A DNA stretch of 64,000 nt from an uncultured Candidatus Rokubacteria bacterium (GTDB lineage: Bacteria; Methylomirabilota; Methylomirabilia; Rokubacteriales; CSP1-6), in assembly GCA_963747235.1 (NCBI GenBank), contig CAVVEU010000014.1, positions 32,001 to 96,000 of the forward strand, read 5' to 3'. Shown piece by piece: positions 10,591 through 19,320 of the stretch. Position 1 is the first letter of the stretch. Every line of letters starts with the position of its first letter. The notes under the pieces were generated by a model. The model worked only from the letters and a program-made list of their open reading frames with translations, did no database searches and was not told the DNA's origin. The position numbers and the translations under genes are program-made.

Positions 10591-12000
10591 TTAGAGGGCG
10601 GTGAGGCGGGTGGCGAGGGGTGTGATGTCGGCGGCGAGGATCGTGCGGCAGTCGAGGAGGAGGCGGTCGTCGAGGAGGCGGCCCAGGACCGGCGGGCGGC
10701 CCGAGCGGAGCGCTTCGTCCAGCCGCTCGGCGGGGCGCTCGGTGGTGCCGAGGGCGATCGCCGCGGTGGGCAGGTCCACCGTGGGCAGCGCGCCGCCGCC
10801 CACCTGCGACGTGGACTCGACGAGCTGCGCGCCGAGGGCCCGCTGCGTCTCCGCGGAGAGGCGGGCGAGGATTCGCCGGGCGCGCCGGCGCACCGACACG
10901 GCGGGCTCGGTCAGCATTTTCAAGGTCGGGATGGTCTCGAGCGCAGTCCCCGCCTCGTAGGCGTAGAGCGTGGCCTCGAGCGCCGCGACCGTGAACTTGT
11001 CGATGCGCAGCGCGCGGTTGACCGGGTTGCGAGCCAGGCGCTCGACGAGGTCGGCCCGGCCCACCAGGATGCCGGCCTGCGGGCCGCCCAGGAGCTTGTC
11101 GCCCGAGAACGAGACGAGATCGACGCCGGAGGCGACCACTTCGGGCACGGTCGGCTCGTAGGGGAAGCCGTAGCGGGTGAGATCCACGAAGCAGCCGGAG
11201 CCCAGATCCTCCATGACCGGGATGGCGCGGGCGCGGCCCAGCTCGGCGAGCTCGCGGGAGGACACCGCGGCGGTGAAGCCGACGACGCGGTAGTTGGACG
11301 TGTGGACCTTGAGGATCAGCCCCGTCTCGGGCCCGATCGCGCTGACGTAGTCCTTGAGATGCGTGCGGTTGGTGGTGCCGACTTCCCGGAGGATGGCGCC
11401 CGACCTCCGCATGATGTCGGGGATGCGGAACTCGCCGCCGATCTCGATGAGCTCGCCGCGGGAGACGATCACTTCCTTGCCCCGCGCGAGGGACTCGAGC
11501 GCGAGCAGCACCGCGGAGGCGCAGTTGTTGACAACGAGCGCCGCTTCCGCGCCGGACAGCCGGCGCAGCAACCCGTCCACGTGCGCGTAGCGCGAGCCGC
11601 GCTCCTTGCGGGAGAGATCCATCTCGAGATTCGAGTACGCCGCGGCGACCTCGCGCAGCCGCTCCTGGGCGAGCGGGGACAGCAGCGCGCGGCCCAGGTT
11701 CGTGTGGAGCACCACCCCGGTGGCGTTGATCACGGGGGCCAGCGAGAAGAGGCCGGTCTGCGTGAGCGCGGCCACGACCCGGCGGCCGAGCGTGTCGGCG
11801 TCCGCGGCGGGCCCGCCCGCCTCCAGCAGGCGGCGCCGCTCGGCGGCCAGCACCTCCCGCACTCCCGCGGCCAGGCGGGGCCGCGGCACCCCCTGGAGCG
11901 CGCGCTCGCCGCCGAGCGCGCCGATCAGCGCGTCCACCGAGGGCAGACCGCGGAGCAGGGCCTGCGTGTCCGCCCCGCCGCGCTTACCCGCCCGCGGCAA
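10591..12000 (-). CDS. selA: L-seryl-tRNA(Sec) selenium transferase
   Basis: VINATGVVLHTNLGRA, EVGTTNRTH and FSGDKLLGGPQAG (PLP lysine). Exact start uncertain. Confidence 0.97.
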   Translation of the reverse strand: MPRAGKRGGADTQALLRGLPSVDALIGALGGERALQGVPRPRLAAGVREVLAAERRRLLEAGGPAADADTLGRRVVAALTQTGLFSLAPVINATGVVLHTNLGRALLSPLAQERLREVAAAYSNLEMDLSRKERGSRYAHVDGLLRRLSGAEAALVVNNCASAVLLALESLARGKEVIVSRGELIEIGGEFRIPDIMRRSGAILREVGTTNRTHLKDYVSAIGPETGLILKVHTSNYRVVGFTAAVSSRELAELGRARAIPVMEDLGSGCFVDLTRYGFPYEPTVPEVVASGVDLVSFSGDKLLGGPQAGILVGRADLVERLARNPVNRALRIDKFTVAALEATLYAYEAGTALETIPTLKMLTEPAVSVRRRARRILARLSAETQRALGAQLVESTSQVGGGALPTVDLPTAAIALGTTERPAERLDEALRSGRPPVLGRLLDDRLLLDCRTILAADITPLATRLTAL

Positions 12001-12271
12001 GCTCGGTCTCCACGCGCTCCTTGACCCGCGCGATGACCTCGTGCGCCTCGCGCCGGATGGCCTCGACGCTGGCGCCCTCCCCGCGCACGCGCAGGAGGCG
12101 ACGCACCGCGTCCTCGGTGAGGCCCGCCCACAGCTCGTCCAGGTCGCGCGGCGAGAACCCCTGGCCGCGGAGGGCGGCGCTCCACTCGCGCGCCAGCTCC
12201 TGCACGAGGCGGTCGCGCTCGAGCGCCAGGCGGCGGGCGCGCTTGATCAGCTCGGGAAGCCGCGGGGCCAT
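11984..12271 (-). CDS. Hypothetical helical protein upstream of selA
   Basis: 95 aa with GC-typical codon use, closely packed between neighbours. Confidence 0.6.
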   Translation of the reverse strand: MAPRLPELIKRARRLALERDRLVQELAREWSAALRGQGFSPRDLDELWAGLTEDAVRRLLRVRGEGASVEAIRREAHEVIARVKERVETELAAGG

Positions 12272-12275
12272 GGCG

Positions 12276-12794
12276 CTATTCCTTCACGAGCCGGCGGACC
12301 GAATCGAGCAGGTTCGCCTCCCAGCGCCCGGTGGAGACGCACTGGAACACGCGATCGGTCTTGAGCTTGCCGGAGCCGCCACGCCGGTACGCGTGCGTGT
12401 TCATCTTGGTGTTGACCTGGATCAGCGTGGCCCCATCCCGCCCCGGCTGCACGAAGAGCGTGAACGAGCCCGTCGCCTCGCCCTCGAGCTGCACCTCGCC
12501 GATCCGCCCGCAGTCGGCGTAGACCCCGATCGGGGAGATGAAGTCGTCGGTCGAGATCACGCCCGAATCCTTGGCCACCACGCGGAGCGGCACGTTCTCC
12601 CCCGCGAGCGCCCGCACGAGCGCGCGCCACGTGGTGTCGTAGCCCGCGGCCGCTTCGTCGCGGTAGGGCGGCGGCGCGATCGGCGAGACGACGGGTCGCG
12701 CGCACCCGACCAGCGCGATCATCGAGAGGGCCGCCCCGATGGCGGTGGAGAACGCCGCGACGTCACGGCGAGAGGGCCGCGTCATGCGCATCAT
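12276..12794 (-). CDS. Hypothetical lipoprotein
   Basis: Lipobox LVGC and two further Cys (YADCG, FQCVSTG). Possible real start at 12785, 7 nt after TAGAAT. Confidence 0.65.
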   Translation of the reverse strand: MMRMTRPSRRDVAAFSTAIGAALSMIALVGCARPVVSPIAPPPYRDEAAAGYDTTWRALVRALAGENVPLRVVAKDSGVISTDDFISPIGVYADCGRIGEVQLEGEATGSFTLFVQPGRDGATLIQVNTKMNTHAYRRGGSGKLKTDRVFQCVSTGRWEANLLDSVRRLVKE

Positions 12795-12795
12795 T

Positions 12796-13347
12796 CTACC
12801 CTTTGTGATGGTCGATCCCGCGATACGTGCGGATGAAGCGCACGATGCGGGCCTCGTCGAGGTCGTCGAAGGCGTCGAGCCGGGTCCACGCGGTGAGCGC
12901 GATGCGCGTGCGCATCCCCGGGTAGGGCGCCAGGATCACCTGCGCGTCGTACCGCCGCACGATCTCGGTCAGCTTGGCCACCAGGTCGGGGCACGGCGTG
13001 GTGCAGTGATACTGCACCATCACGCCGCCGTCCTCCAGGTTGTGGACCTGCAGCTCTCGCACGATCGGCTCGGTGTGGATCCCCCACGGGGCGATGTACG
13101 GCATGTGGGGCCCGGAGGTGGGCGGATCCGAGTTGTACGGCACGTGCGGCTCGGTGGCGAGCTGGATGTGCGCGTTGCCCTGATCCGCCAGCTTGACCCC
13201 CGGCAGATCGGCCGCCGCGCGATAGGCCCAGTAGCCGACGAGCGCCGCCGCCACGATCGCGACGGCGAGGCCGGTCACCAGCAGGCGCCGGTGACCGGAG
13301 CGCGCCGGCCGGATCGTCTCCACCTTGTCTGCCTTCTTCCTGTCCAC
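12796..13347 (-). CDS. DUF3105-domain membrane-anchored protein
   Basis: One TM helix, YNSDPPTSGPH and VHNLEDGGV. Start trimmed to GTG 13347 because the longer ORF overlaps tRNA-Sec. Confidence 0.8.
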   Translation of the reverse strand: MDRKKADKVETIRPARSGHRRLLVTGLAVAIVAAALVGYWAYRAAADLPGVKLADQGNAHIQLATEPHVPYNSDPPTSGPHMPYIAPWGIHTEPIVRELQVHNLEDGGVMVQYHCTTPCPDLVAKLTEIVRRYDAQVILAPYPGMRTRIALTAWTRLDAFDDLDEARIVRFIRTYRGIDHHKG

Positions 13348-13383
13348 TCGACGAATCCTCCGAGCCCGGACGACGAAGCGGAA

Positions 13384-13481
13384 TGGCGGAAGCGTGTGGG
13401 AGTCGAACCCACCTCCGACTTGTCTAGAGCCGGACGCCGGATTTGAAGTCCGGGAGGCCCACCGGGATCCTAGACGCCTCC
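13384..13481 (-). tRNA. selC: tRNA-Sec (anticodon UCA)
   Basis: GGAGGCGT...GGACTTCAAATCC...GGTTCGACTCCC..ACGCTTCCGCCA. 98 nt with an 8-bp acceptor stem, long variable arm and encoded CCA. Confidence 0.96.
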
Positions 13482-13585
13482 GTGCCAACTTCGCCTGAAA
13501 TCAGAGCGTTTCAGTGTACCACCGAGCGGCGATCCCGGAGGCGGGCCGGGGGAGACCCGGCCGGGCCACGTGCTACCCTCGGCTG

Positions 13586-14827
13586 GTGAGCCGGATCTGG
13601 CGCTGCCTGGCACTGGCCGGCCTCGTCCTGGCGCTCCTGCCCGGCGGCCGAGCCGCCCAGGGCAATGGCGCGGGGCCGCGGTCGATCTCCCCCGCCGAGG
13701 AGCAGTTCCTGGAGCGCCACTGGCGCATGCCGATCGCGCCTCAGGGCCCGCCGCCAGCGTCGTTCGCGCCGCTGGAGGGCTCGCTGGCGCCGCGGGACTG
13801 CGGGGCCTGTCACCCGGTCCAGTACGAGGACTGGCGGGGCAGCATCCACGCCCGCAGCATGGGGCCCGGGATCGCGGGCCAGCTCGTGGAGCTCGCGCGG
13901 CGCGATCCGGCGGGCGCGCGCGCCTGCCTCATCTGTCACGCCCCGCTCGCCGAGCAGTCCCCGCTCACCCGGACCGCGGCCGGACTCGAGGGCAACCCGG
14001 CCTTCGATCCCGCGCTACAGCGGGAGGGCGTCGTGTGCGCGACGTGCCACGTGCGCGCGCATCAGCGCTTCGGCCCCCCGCCCCGGCCCGACGCCCAGGG
14101 GCTTCGCGTCCCGCGCGCGGAGCTTCCCCACAACGGCGCCACCTACACGGGCGCGTACGAGCGCGCCGAGTTCTGCGCCGCCTGTCATCAGTTCGGCCCG
14201 AATGGCCCGCGCCTCAACGGCAAGCCGCTCGAGAACACCTACGAGGAGTGGCGGACGAGCCCGGCCGCGCGCCGCGGGCTGGCATGCCAGAGCTGCCACA
14301 TGCCGGACCGACGTCACCGGTGGCGCGGCATCCACGATCCGGAGATGGTGAAGTCGGGGGTGCGGGTCGCCCTGGTGCTGGACCGTGCCCGCTACCGGCC
14401 GGGGCAGCGGCTACGCGCGACCGTGACGGTTGCGAGCGTGAACGTGGGGCACTACTTCCCGACCTATGTGACGCCGCAGGTCGTGGTTCGCGCCGTGCTC
14501 CTCGGCGCCGACGGCCGGCCGATGGCGTCGACCGAACAGGAGGGCATCATCGGGCGGCAGGTGCCGCTCGACCTCTCGCGCGAGATCGCGGACACGCGGA
14601 TTCCGCCGGGGGGGCGCTTCGTGCTGCGCTACGATCGCGGGCTCGAGGGGCCCGGGCTCGCGCTCCGGGTGACGGTCACCGTGTACCCGGACCACTTCTA
14701 CACCGGCTTCTTCGCGGCCCTCCTCGAGACGGGAGCGGGCGCCGGCGAGGCGGATCTCCGCGACGCCCTGGAGGCGACGCGCCGCTCGCCCTTCGAGATC
14801 TTCGCGCGCGACGTGCCGCTGACCTGA
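13586..14827 (+). CDS. Exported pentaheme cytochrome c (c554/c-prime-like) with beta-rich C-terminal domain
   Basis: Signal peptide and five CxxCH motifs (CGACH, CLICH, CATCH, CAACH, CQSCH). Start GTG 13586, or 13514. Confidence 0.85.
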   Translation: MSRIWRCLALAGLVLALLPGGRAAQGNGAGPRSISPAEEQFLERHWRMPIAPQGPPPASFAPLEGSLAPRDCGACHPVQYEDWRGSIHARSMGPGIAGQLVELARRDPAGARACLICHAPLAEQSPLTRTAAGLEGNPAFDPALQREGVVCATCHVRAHQRFGPPPRPDAQGLRVPRAELPHNGATYTGAYERAEFCAACHQFGPNGPRLNGKPLENTYEEWRTSPAARRGLACQSCHMPDRRHRWRGIHDPEMVKSGVRVALVLDRARYRPGQRLRATVTVASVNVGHYFPTYVTPQVVVRAVLLGADGRPMASTEQEGIIGRQVPLDLSREIADTRIPPGGRFVLRYDRGLEGPGLALRVTVTVYPDHFYTGFFAALLETGAGAGEADLRDALEATRRSPFEIFARDVPLT

Positions 14828-15666
14828 CGGCCGCGCGGCGCCCGACGGCTGGGGGCCGCCTGACCACCCGGCGCGGGCGACGGATCCACCGGCGCGATGT
14901 CGCCCATGTCCGGCTCGAGCTGCAGCGTGTCCGCGATCTTGGTGTAGCTCGAGAACATCTGCGTGACCCCGAGCACTTCCATCACGCCGCGGGGGCTCAC
15001 GCCGAGCCGCCGCATCTCGGCCAGGTGGAAGGCGGTGCCGAACGGAGAGCGCGAGGTCAGCGACACCGCGAAGGCCAGGGCTTCCTTGAGGCGCCGGGAG
15101 AGGTGATTGTCGCCGAAGGCCCGCCGGACCGCCGCCCACACGTCCGCGGCATAGGCCGGATCGTGGGCCATCAGGCGGAAGGGCAGCGGCACCTCCGTGG
15201 CCCCGTAGAACGCGCGGAGGTCGTCGAACAGCGCGCGCGCCTCGTCGGGGACCGCGGCCGGATCGAGCGCGGGCAGGCCGGGCGTGCTCGCGCCGAGGGC
15301 GTCGGCCACCACGTTGAGCGCGTTGGTGATGCCCACCACGTGCGCCGCCTCGTACCACAGCGCGTCGTCCTTCATCCCCTGCAGCTTCCCGGCTGCAGTA
15401 TGAGCGCGTACTCAGTAGTTGCAGGCGTTGACGCCGCTCACCACCGCGGCGACCATCTCCTTCTCGGCCCGTGAGAATTCGCCCGGGCTCATCGCCCGCT
15501 TCATCGCGCGCCCGTGGGGCCCGCCGAACTCGGCGTCCCACGCCATCACCCGGCTCATGGCCGGAGGCTGCGGGAAGTCGTAGGCGAACCATAGCTTGGA
15601 CAGCTCGAAGAGCCGCTGGGCGGCCGCCGGGTACTCGGATGCGTCGCGGAGTCGGACGGTGGGCAT
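14698..15666 (-). CDS. Tandem AhpD/CMD-like protein, candidate selenoprotein (CNYU, in-frame UGA at 15414-15412)
   Basis: AGGAGG SD before ATG 15666. Reads EKEMVAAVVSGVNACNY-UGA-VRAHTAAGKLQG-MKDD in one frame, with a second degenerate CMD repeat (LKEALAFAVSLTSRSPFGTAFH). 3' end uncertain because it overlaps the cytochrome gene. Confidence 0.82.
15379..15398 (-). promoter_or_regulatory. Candidate bacterial SECIS hairpin
   Basis: CUGCAGC-CGGGAA-GCUGCAG, a perfect 7-bp stem with a G-containing loop starting 13 nt after the UGA. Confidence 0.72.
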
Positions 15667-15686
15667 GTCGTGCCTCCTGCCTGGGC

Positions 15687-15929
15687 TCAGCAACCGCCGG
15701 CCAGCGGTGGGAACACCGACAGCACGTCACCCTCGACCAGCCGCTGGTCCGGGGTGGCGTCGAGGCCGTTGACGACGGTCAGACGCTCCAGCTCGGGTGG
15801 AATCCTGAGGGAGTGTACCACCTGATCGACGGTGGTGCCGTCGGGGACGTCGAGCATCACGCTGTCCCCTCGCGTCCCCGGCGGCAGGTAGGCCCGCAGG
15901 GTCGCCGTGAGGTGAACCGCGACCTTCAC
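15687..15929 (-). CDS. MoaD/ThiS-family ubiquitin-like sulfur carrier ending AGGC
   Basis: 80 aa beta-grasp pattern (VPDGTTV..VVNG..L.EGD.LSVFPPLAGG) with one extra Cys. Confidence 0.82.
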   Translation of the reverse strand: MKVAVHLTATLRAYLPPGTRGDSVMLDVPDGTTVDQVVHSLRIPPELERLTVVNGLDATPDQRLVEGDVLSVFPPLAGGC

Positions 15930-15932
15930 GGT

Positions 15933-17265
15933 CTAGCGGAAGCCGCCCTGTTCCGAATCCGCGTGGCGCGCGCCGGAGGCGACGCGGAGCTTGTCGCCCG
16001 GAAAGATCCGCGCGCCGTGCTCGAGATCGTTCCAGCGCGAGAGCTGCTGGACGGAGACTCCGTACCGCTTGGCGATGCCGCCAATCGTGTCGCGCGGCTG
16101 CACGACGTGGAGGCCCGCGGCGACGCGTTCGGCAACCTGGATCTTCCGCTTACCGCGATCGCCCGTCCGGGACGCGATCGCCACCCTCCGCGCCTGCACC
16201 TCGCGATCGAGCCCGGCCTGGAGCGCGGGTGCGCTGCCCCGCGGGACCTTCAGGTGATACGGCGAGTCGGGCGGCGTCTGCTTGAGCCGGAGCTCGGAGT
16301 TGAGCCGGATCAACTCCTCGAGTGGAATGCCGGAGAGCGAGGCAACGTGCTGCAAGCTGCTGCCCCGAGGCACCGTGATCTGCTCGTAGCTCAGCGGCTC
16401 GTCCGGCCTGACCGAGAAGCCGTACTGCTCGGGCTCCTGGCCGATGATGGTCACCGCGTGGATGGCCGGGACGAAGTTCTTGGTCTCGTCGCGCAAGAAG
16501 CGGCTGTCCGCCAGGCTCCAGAAGTCCCGGGTGCCCGTGCCCTGGATCGCCCGCAGGATCTTCATCTCGCCCGCGTTGTACGCGGCCTGCACGAGCTCCC
16601 AGGAGCCAAACGTCTTGTAGAGGTCCGTCAGGTAGTTGGCGGCGGCCACCGTGGCCTTCTCGGGGTCGAGGCGCTCATCGAGCCACCGGTCCACGCGGAG
16701 CCCGTACTGCCGCGCGGTGGGGGCCATGAACTGCCAGAGCCCCTTGGCCCCCGCGCGGGAGACCGCGACCGGGTCGAAGCCGCTCTCGATCATCGCGGTG
16801 AACACCAGCTCCTCGGGAAGCCCCTTCTTGCCGGAAGATGTCCAGGGCCATCGGCAGGAATCGGCCGGAGCGGGTCAGCCATCGCTCGACGACCGCCCGC
16901 CGGTATCCCGTCTGGAACTGCTCCAGGAAGCGGAGGACCTGATCGTTCTGCTGGATCTGGTAGGTGGACACGCGCTGGGGGGACGCCGGCGTGGAGACGA
17001 GCGGGACGGCGGGCGGCCGCTGGATCGGCTCGATCTTGACCGCGGCCGGCGCGCCGGGCGTCGGCAAGAAGGCGTCGGCCCAGGGGTCGGAGTCCACCCG
17101 CGGGGTCGCCATGTCTCCGGTGAGGGGCGGCTCGGCGTTCCAGGCGCCACCCAGCTCGAGTTCCGCGCCCACCGCTCCCGGCACAGCCAGATGACTGGCT
17201 GCGAAGGACACGAGACCGAGCAGGAGGAGCCGGAGTAGAAGAGTCATCAGGTCAGTAGGAAGCAT
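15933..17265 (-). CDS. mltD: LysM-containing lytic murein transglycosylase (frameshift near 16820)
   Basis: IESGF, AKGLWQFM, AAYNAGE and ETKNFVP with C-terminal LysM. The N-terminus lies in ORF 16675..17340. Confidence 0.85.
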
Positions 17266-17424
17266 GAACTTTTTATCACGGGGGATTTTGGGGGTCAACA
17301 GGGCCCGGCCGGGCCGGATCCAGGAGATATCCCTTGACACTCGAGAGAGGGCCCACCTATCTTAAGCCGCCTTGAAAAAAGGCTTTTTTCGATATCGGTC
17401 CGGTCGAAGGGAGGTGACACCCAC

Positions 17425-17658
17425 ATGAGGAAGCTGGTAGCCCTGGTAGTGAGCACGGTCTTCGCGCTCGGCGTGGGCCTGGCGGTGCCGCAGACCTTCG
17501 CCCAGGCTCCCGCCCCGAAGGACGAGAAGAAGGGCGAGATGATGGACAAGAAGGCCGAGAAGAAGGCGGACAAGAAGAAGGCTGAGAAGAAGAAGATGGA
17601 CAAGAAGGCGGACAAGAAGATGGACAAGAAAGACGACAAGAAGGAAGAAAAGAAATAG
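17425..17658 (+). CDS. Small exported Lys/Asp-rich low-complexity protein
   Basis: GGAGGT SD, signal peptide ending TFA-Q and (M/A)DKK repeats. Upstream TTGACA-18-TATCTT promoter. Confidence 0.75.
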   Translation: MRKLVALVVSTVFALGVGLAVPQTFAQAPAPKDEKKGEMMDKKAEKKADKKKAEKKKMDKKADKKMDKKDDKKEEKK

Positions 17659-17675
17659 CGTCGACAGACGCGTGG

Positions 17676-17700
17676 GGCGCCACCCGACCGCGGTGGCGCC
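17676..17700. terminator. Hairpin between convergent genes
   Basis: GGCGCCACC-CGACCGC-GGTGGCGCC inverted repeat with no U tract. Confidence 0.45.
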
Positions 17701-18408
17701 CTAGCGCCGTTTCTGGGAGTCTTTTCCGCTGGCGGGGGGACGCGGGGCCGCGGGAGACCCGGCTTCCTGCCGGGCTCCGGTCATCCAGGTATTGCGGTCG
17801 CTCATGGCGATCTCGACCGTCTCCGCCGACTCCACGGCCACACGCATCCGCCAGTAGGTGACCAGGGAATAGGTCACGTTGGACGGCACGTGCGGATAGC
17901 GCTTGGCATCCTGATCGCGCAGCTTGAAGCGCTTCGCCGTGTGCCCCCCTTCCCGCCAGGCCAGGACCAGCCACTCGCCCGCAGGCACGTCGCCGACCCG
18001 CGCTCCGCCCTGGGCGTCGGTGATCTCGCTGCGCACCAGCGCGCCCCCGCCCGCCGCGAGCAGGGCGCGCTCGTAGTCCACCCGCGCGGTCTCGATCCGG
18101 GTCACCGCCCGGGCATAGGCGTCCACCGAGTCGCGCAAGCCCGCCTTCACCGCGTCGAGCTCGGCCTCGAGGGCCGCCGAGTACGGCAGGAGCACGACCG
18201 AGACGTCCGGCTGAGGAGCCGGGGTGCCGCTGGGGCGGGTCGGCTCGACATATGCGCGCGCGGCCACCGCCCCCGGCGCCTGCTCGGCGCCCGTCTTGAG
18301 ATAGGCCCCCACGAGGTCCGCGAGATCCTCGTCCGCGGCGGGCCCCGGGCCCGGGCTCAGCAGCAGCCCGGCCAGGACCAGCGCGGCCAGGCCGGCGCGG
18401 GCCCTCAC
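17701..18408 (-). CDS. Hypothetical exported protein (carboxypeptidase-regulatory-like beta domain)
   Basis: Signal peptide and TDAQG..VGDVPAGEWLVLAW. The GTG start overlaps the upstream stop. Confidence 0.6.
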   Translation of the reverse strand: MRARAGLAALVLAGLLLSPGPGPAADEDLADLVGAYLKTGAEQAPGAVAARAYVEPTRPSGTPAPQPDVSVVLLPYSAALEAELDAVKAGLRDSVDAYARAVTRIETARVDYERALLAAGGGALVRSEITDAQGGARVGDVPAGEWLVLAWREGGHTAKRFKLRDQDAKRYPHVPSNVTYSLVTYWRMRVAVESAETVEIAMSDRNTWMTGARQEAGSPAAPRPPASGKDSQKRR

Positions 18409-19320
18409 GATGGCACCGCCTCGCGCGGGCGGGTGCGCCATCGATCGTGCATCCAGAGCCACTGCTCGGGCGCGCGCCGGATGGTCGCCTCGAGCACGCG
18501 ATTGAACGTGCGCGTGTAGGTGGTGACCTGGCCGTCCTCCGGCGGAGGGAGGGCCGGGCCCACCTCCATGCAATGCCGCCCATTCGGCTCCCGGCGGAGG
18601 AAGATCGGCACCACCGGCGCCCCCGTCCGCAGGGCCAGCAGCGCGAGCCCCTTCGAGGTGGACGCCGGGGAACCGAAGAACGGCACGAACACGCCCTCAG
18701 CCCGGGTGGCGTTCTGGTCGAGGAGGATCCCCACCATGCGCTGGCGCTTCAGCGCGGTCAGCACTTCCCGCACCGCCTGGCGCTTGATGATCAGCTCCGC
18801 CCCGCTGCGACGTCGGAAACGGGCCGCCAGGTCGTCGAGGAGCGGGTGGTCGAGCGGGCGGGTCACGATGGACAGCGGCAGTCCGGTCAGCCCGTGGGCG
18901 GCGGCGAGGAGCTCCCAGTTGCCGAAGTGGGCCGTAAGGATGAGTACCCCTCGGCCGTGCGACGCCGCAGCCTGGACGTGCTCGCGGCCCTCCACCCGAA
19001 CCCGCGAGAGCATGACGTGGGTAGGACGGAGGAAGTAACGGCACGCTTCGACCAGGTTCATGCCGACGTGCTGGAACGACCGGCGCCCGAGGCGCCGGAT
19101 CCCGGTCGGGGTGCACTCCCCCCCGAAGGCGCGCCGGAGGTTGTCGAGCGCCACCGCCCGCCGACGCGGGAGCACCCACCAGAGCAGGATCGCCCAGGCG
19201 CCGGCCGACCGCGAGGCCGACGGCTGACGGAAGGTGTGCCAGCAGCCACGCGAACGGGACGAGCAGCCAGAGCCCCAGAGACGCCGCCAACAGGCCGGCG
19301 CGGGAGCGCGGCGCGCTCAT
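18405..19320 (-). CDS. lpxL: Lipid A lauroyl/palmitoleoyl acyltransferase, LpxL/HtrB family (frameshift near 19185)
   Basis: AHFGNWE, ILLDQ, VPFFG and PEQWLWMHDRW. Confidence 0.85.

Noticed and set aside
12796-13481. Genomic island integrated at selC
   Set aside because: No integrase, no duplicated tRNA 3' end and no compositional shift were seen.
14698-14860. Arg-rich C-terminal tail of the CMD protein overlapping the cytochrome gene
   Set aside because: It looks like read-through from a lost or mis-called stop rather than a functional domain.
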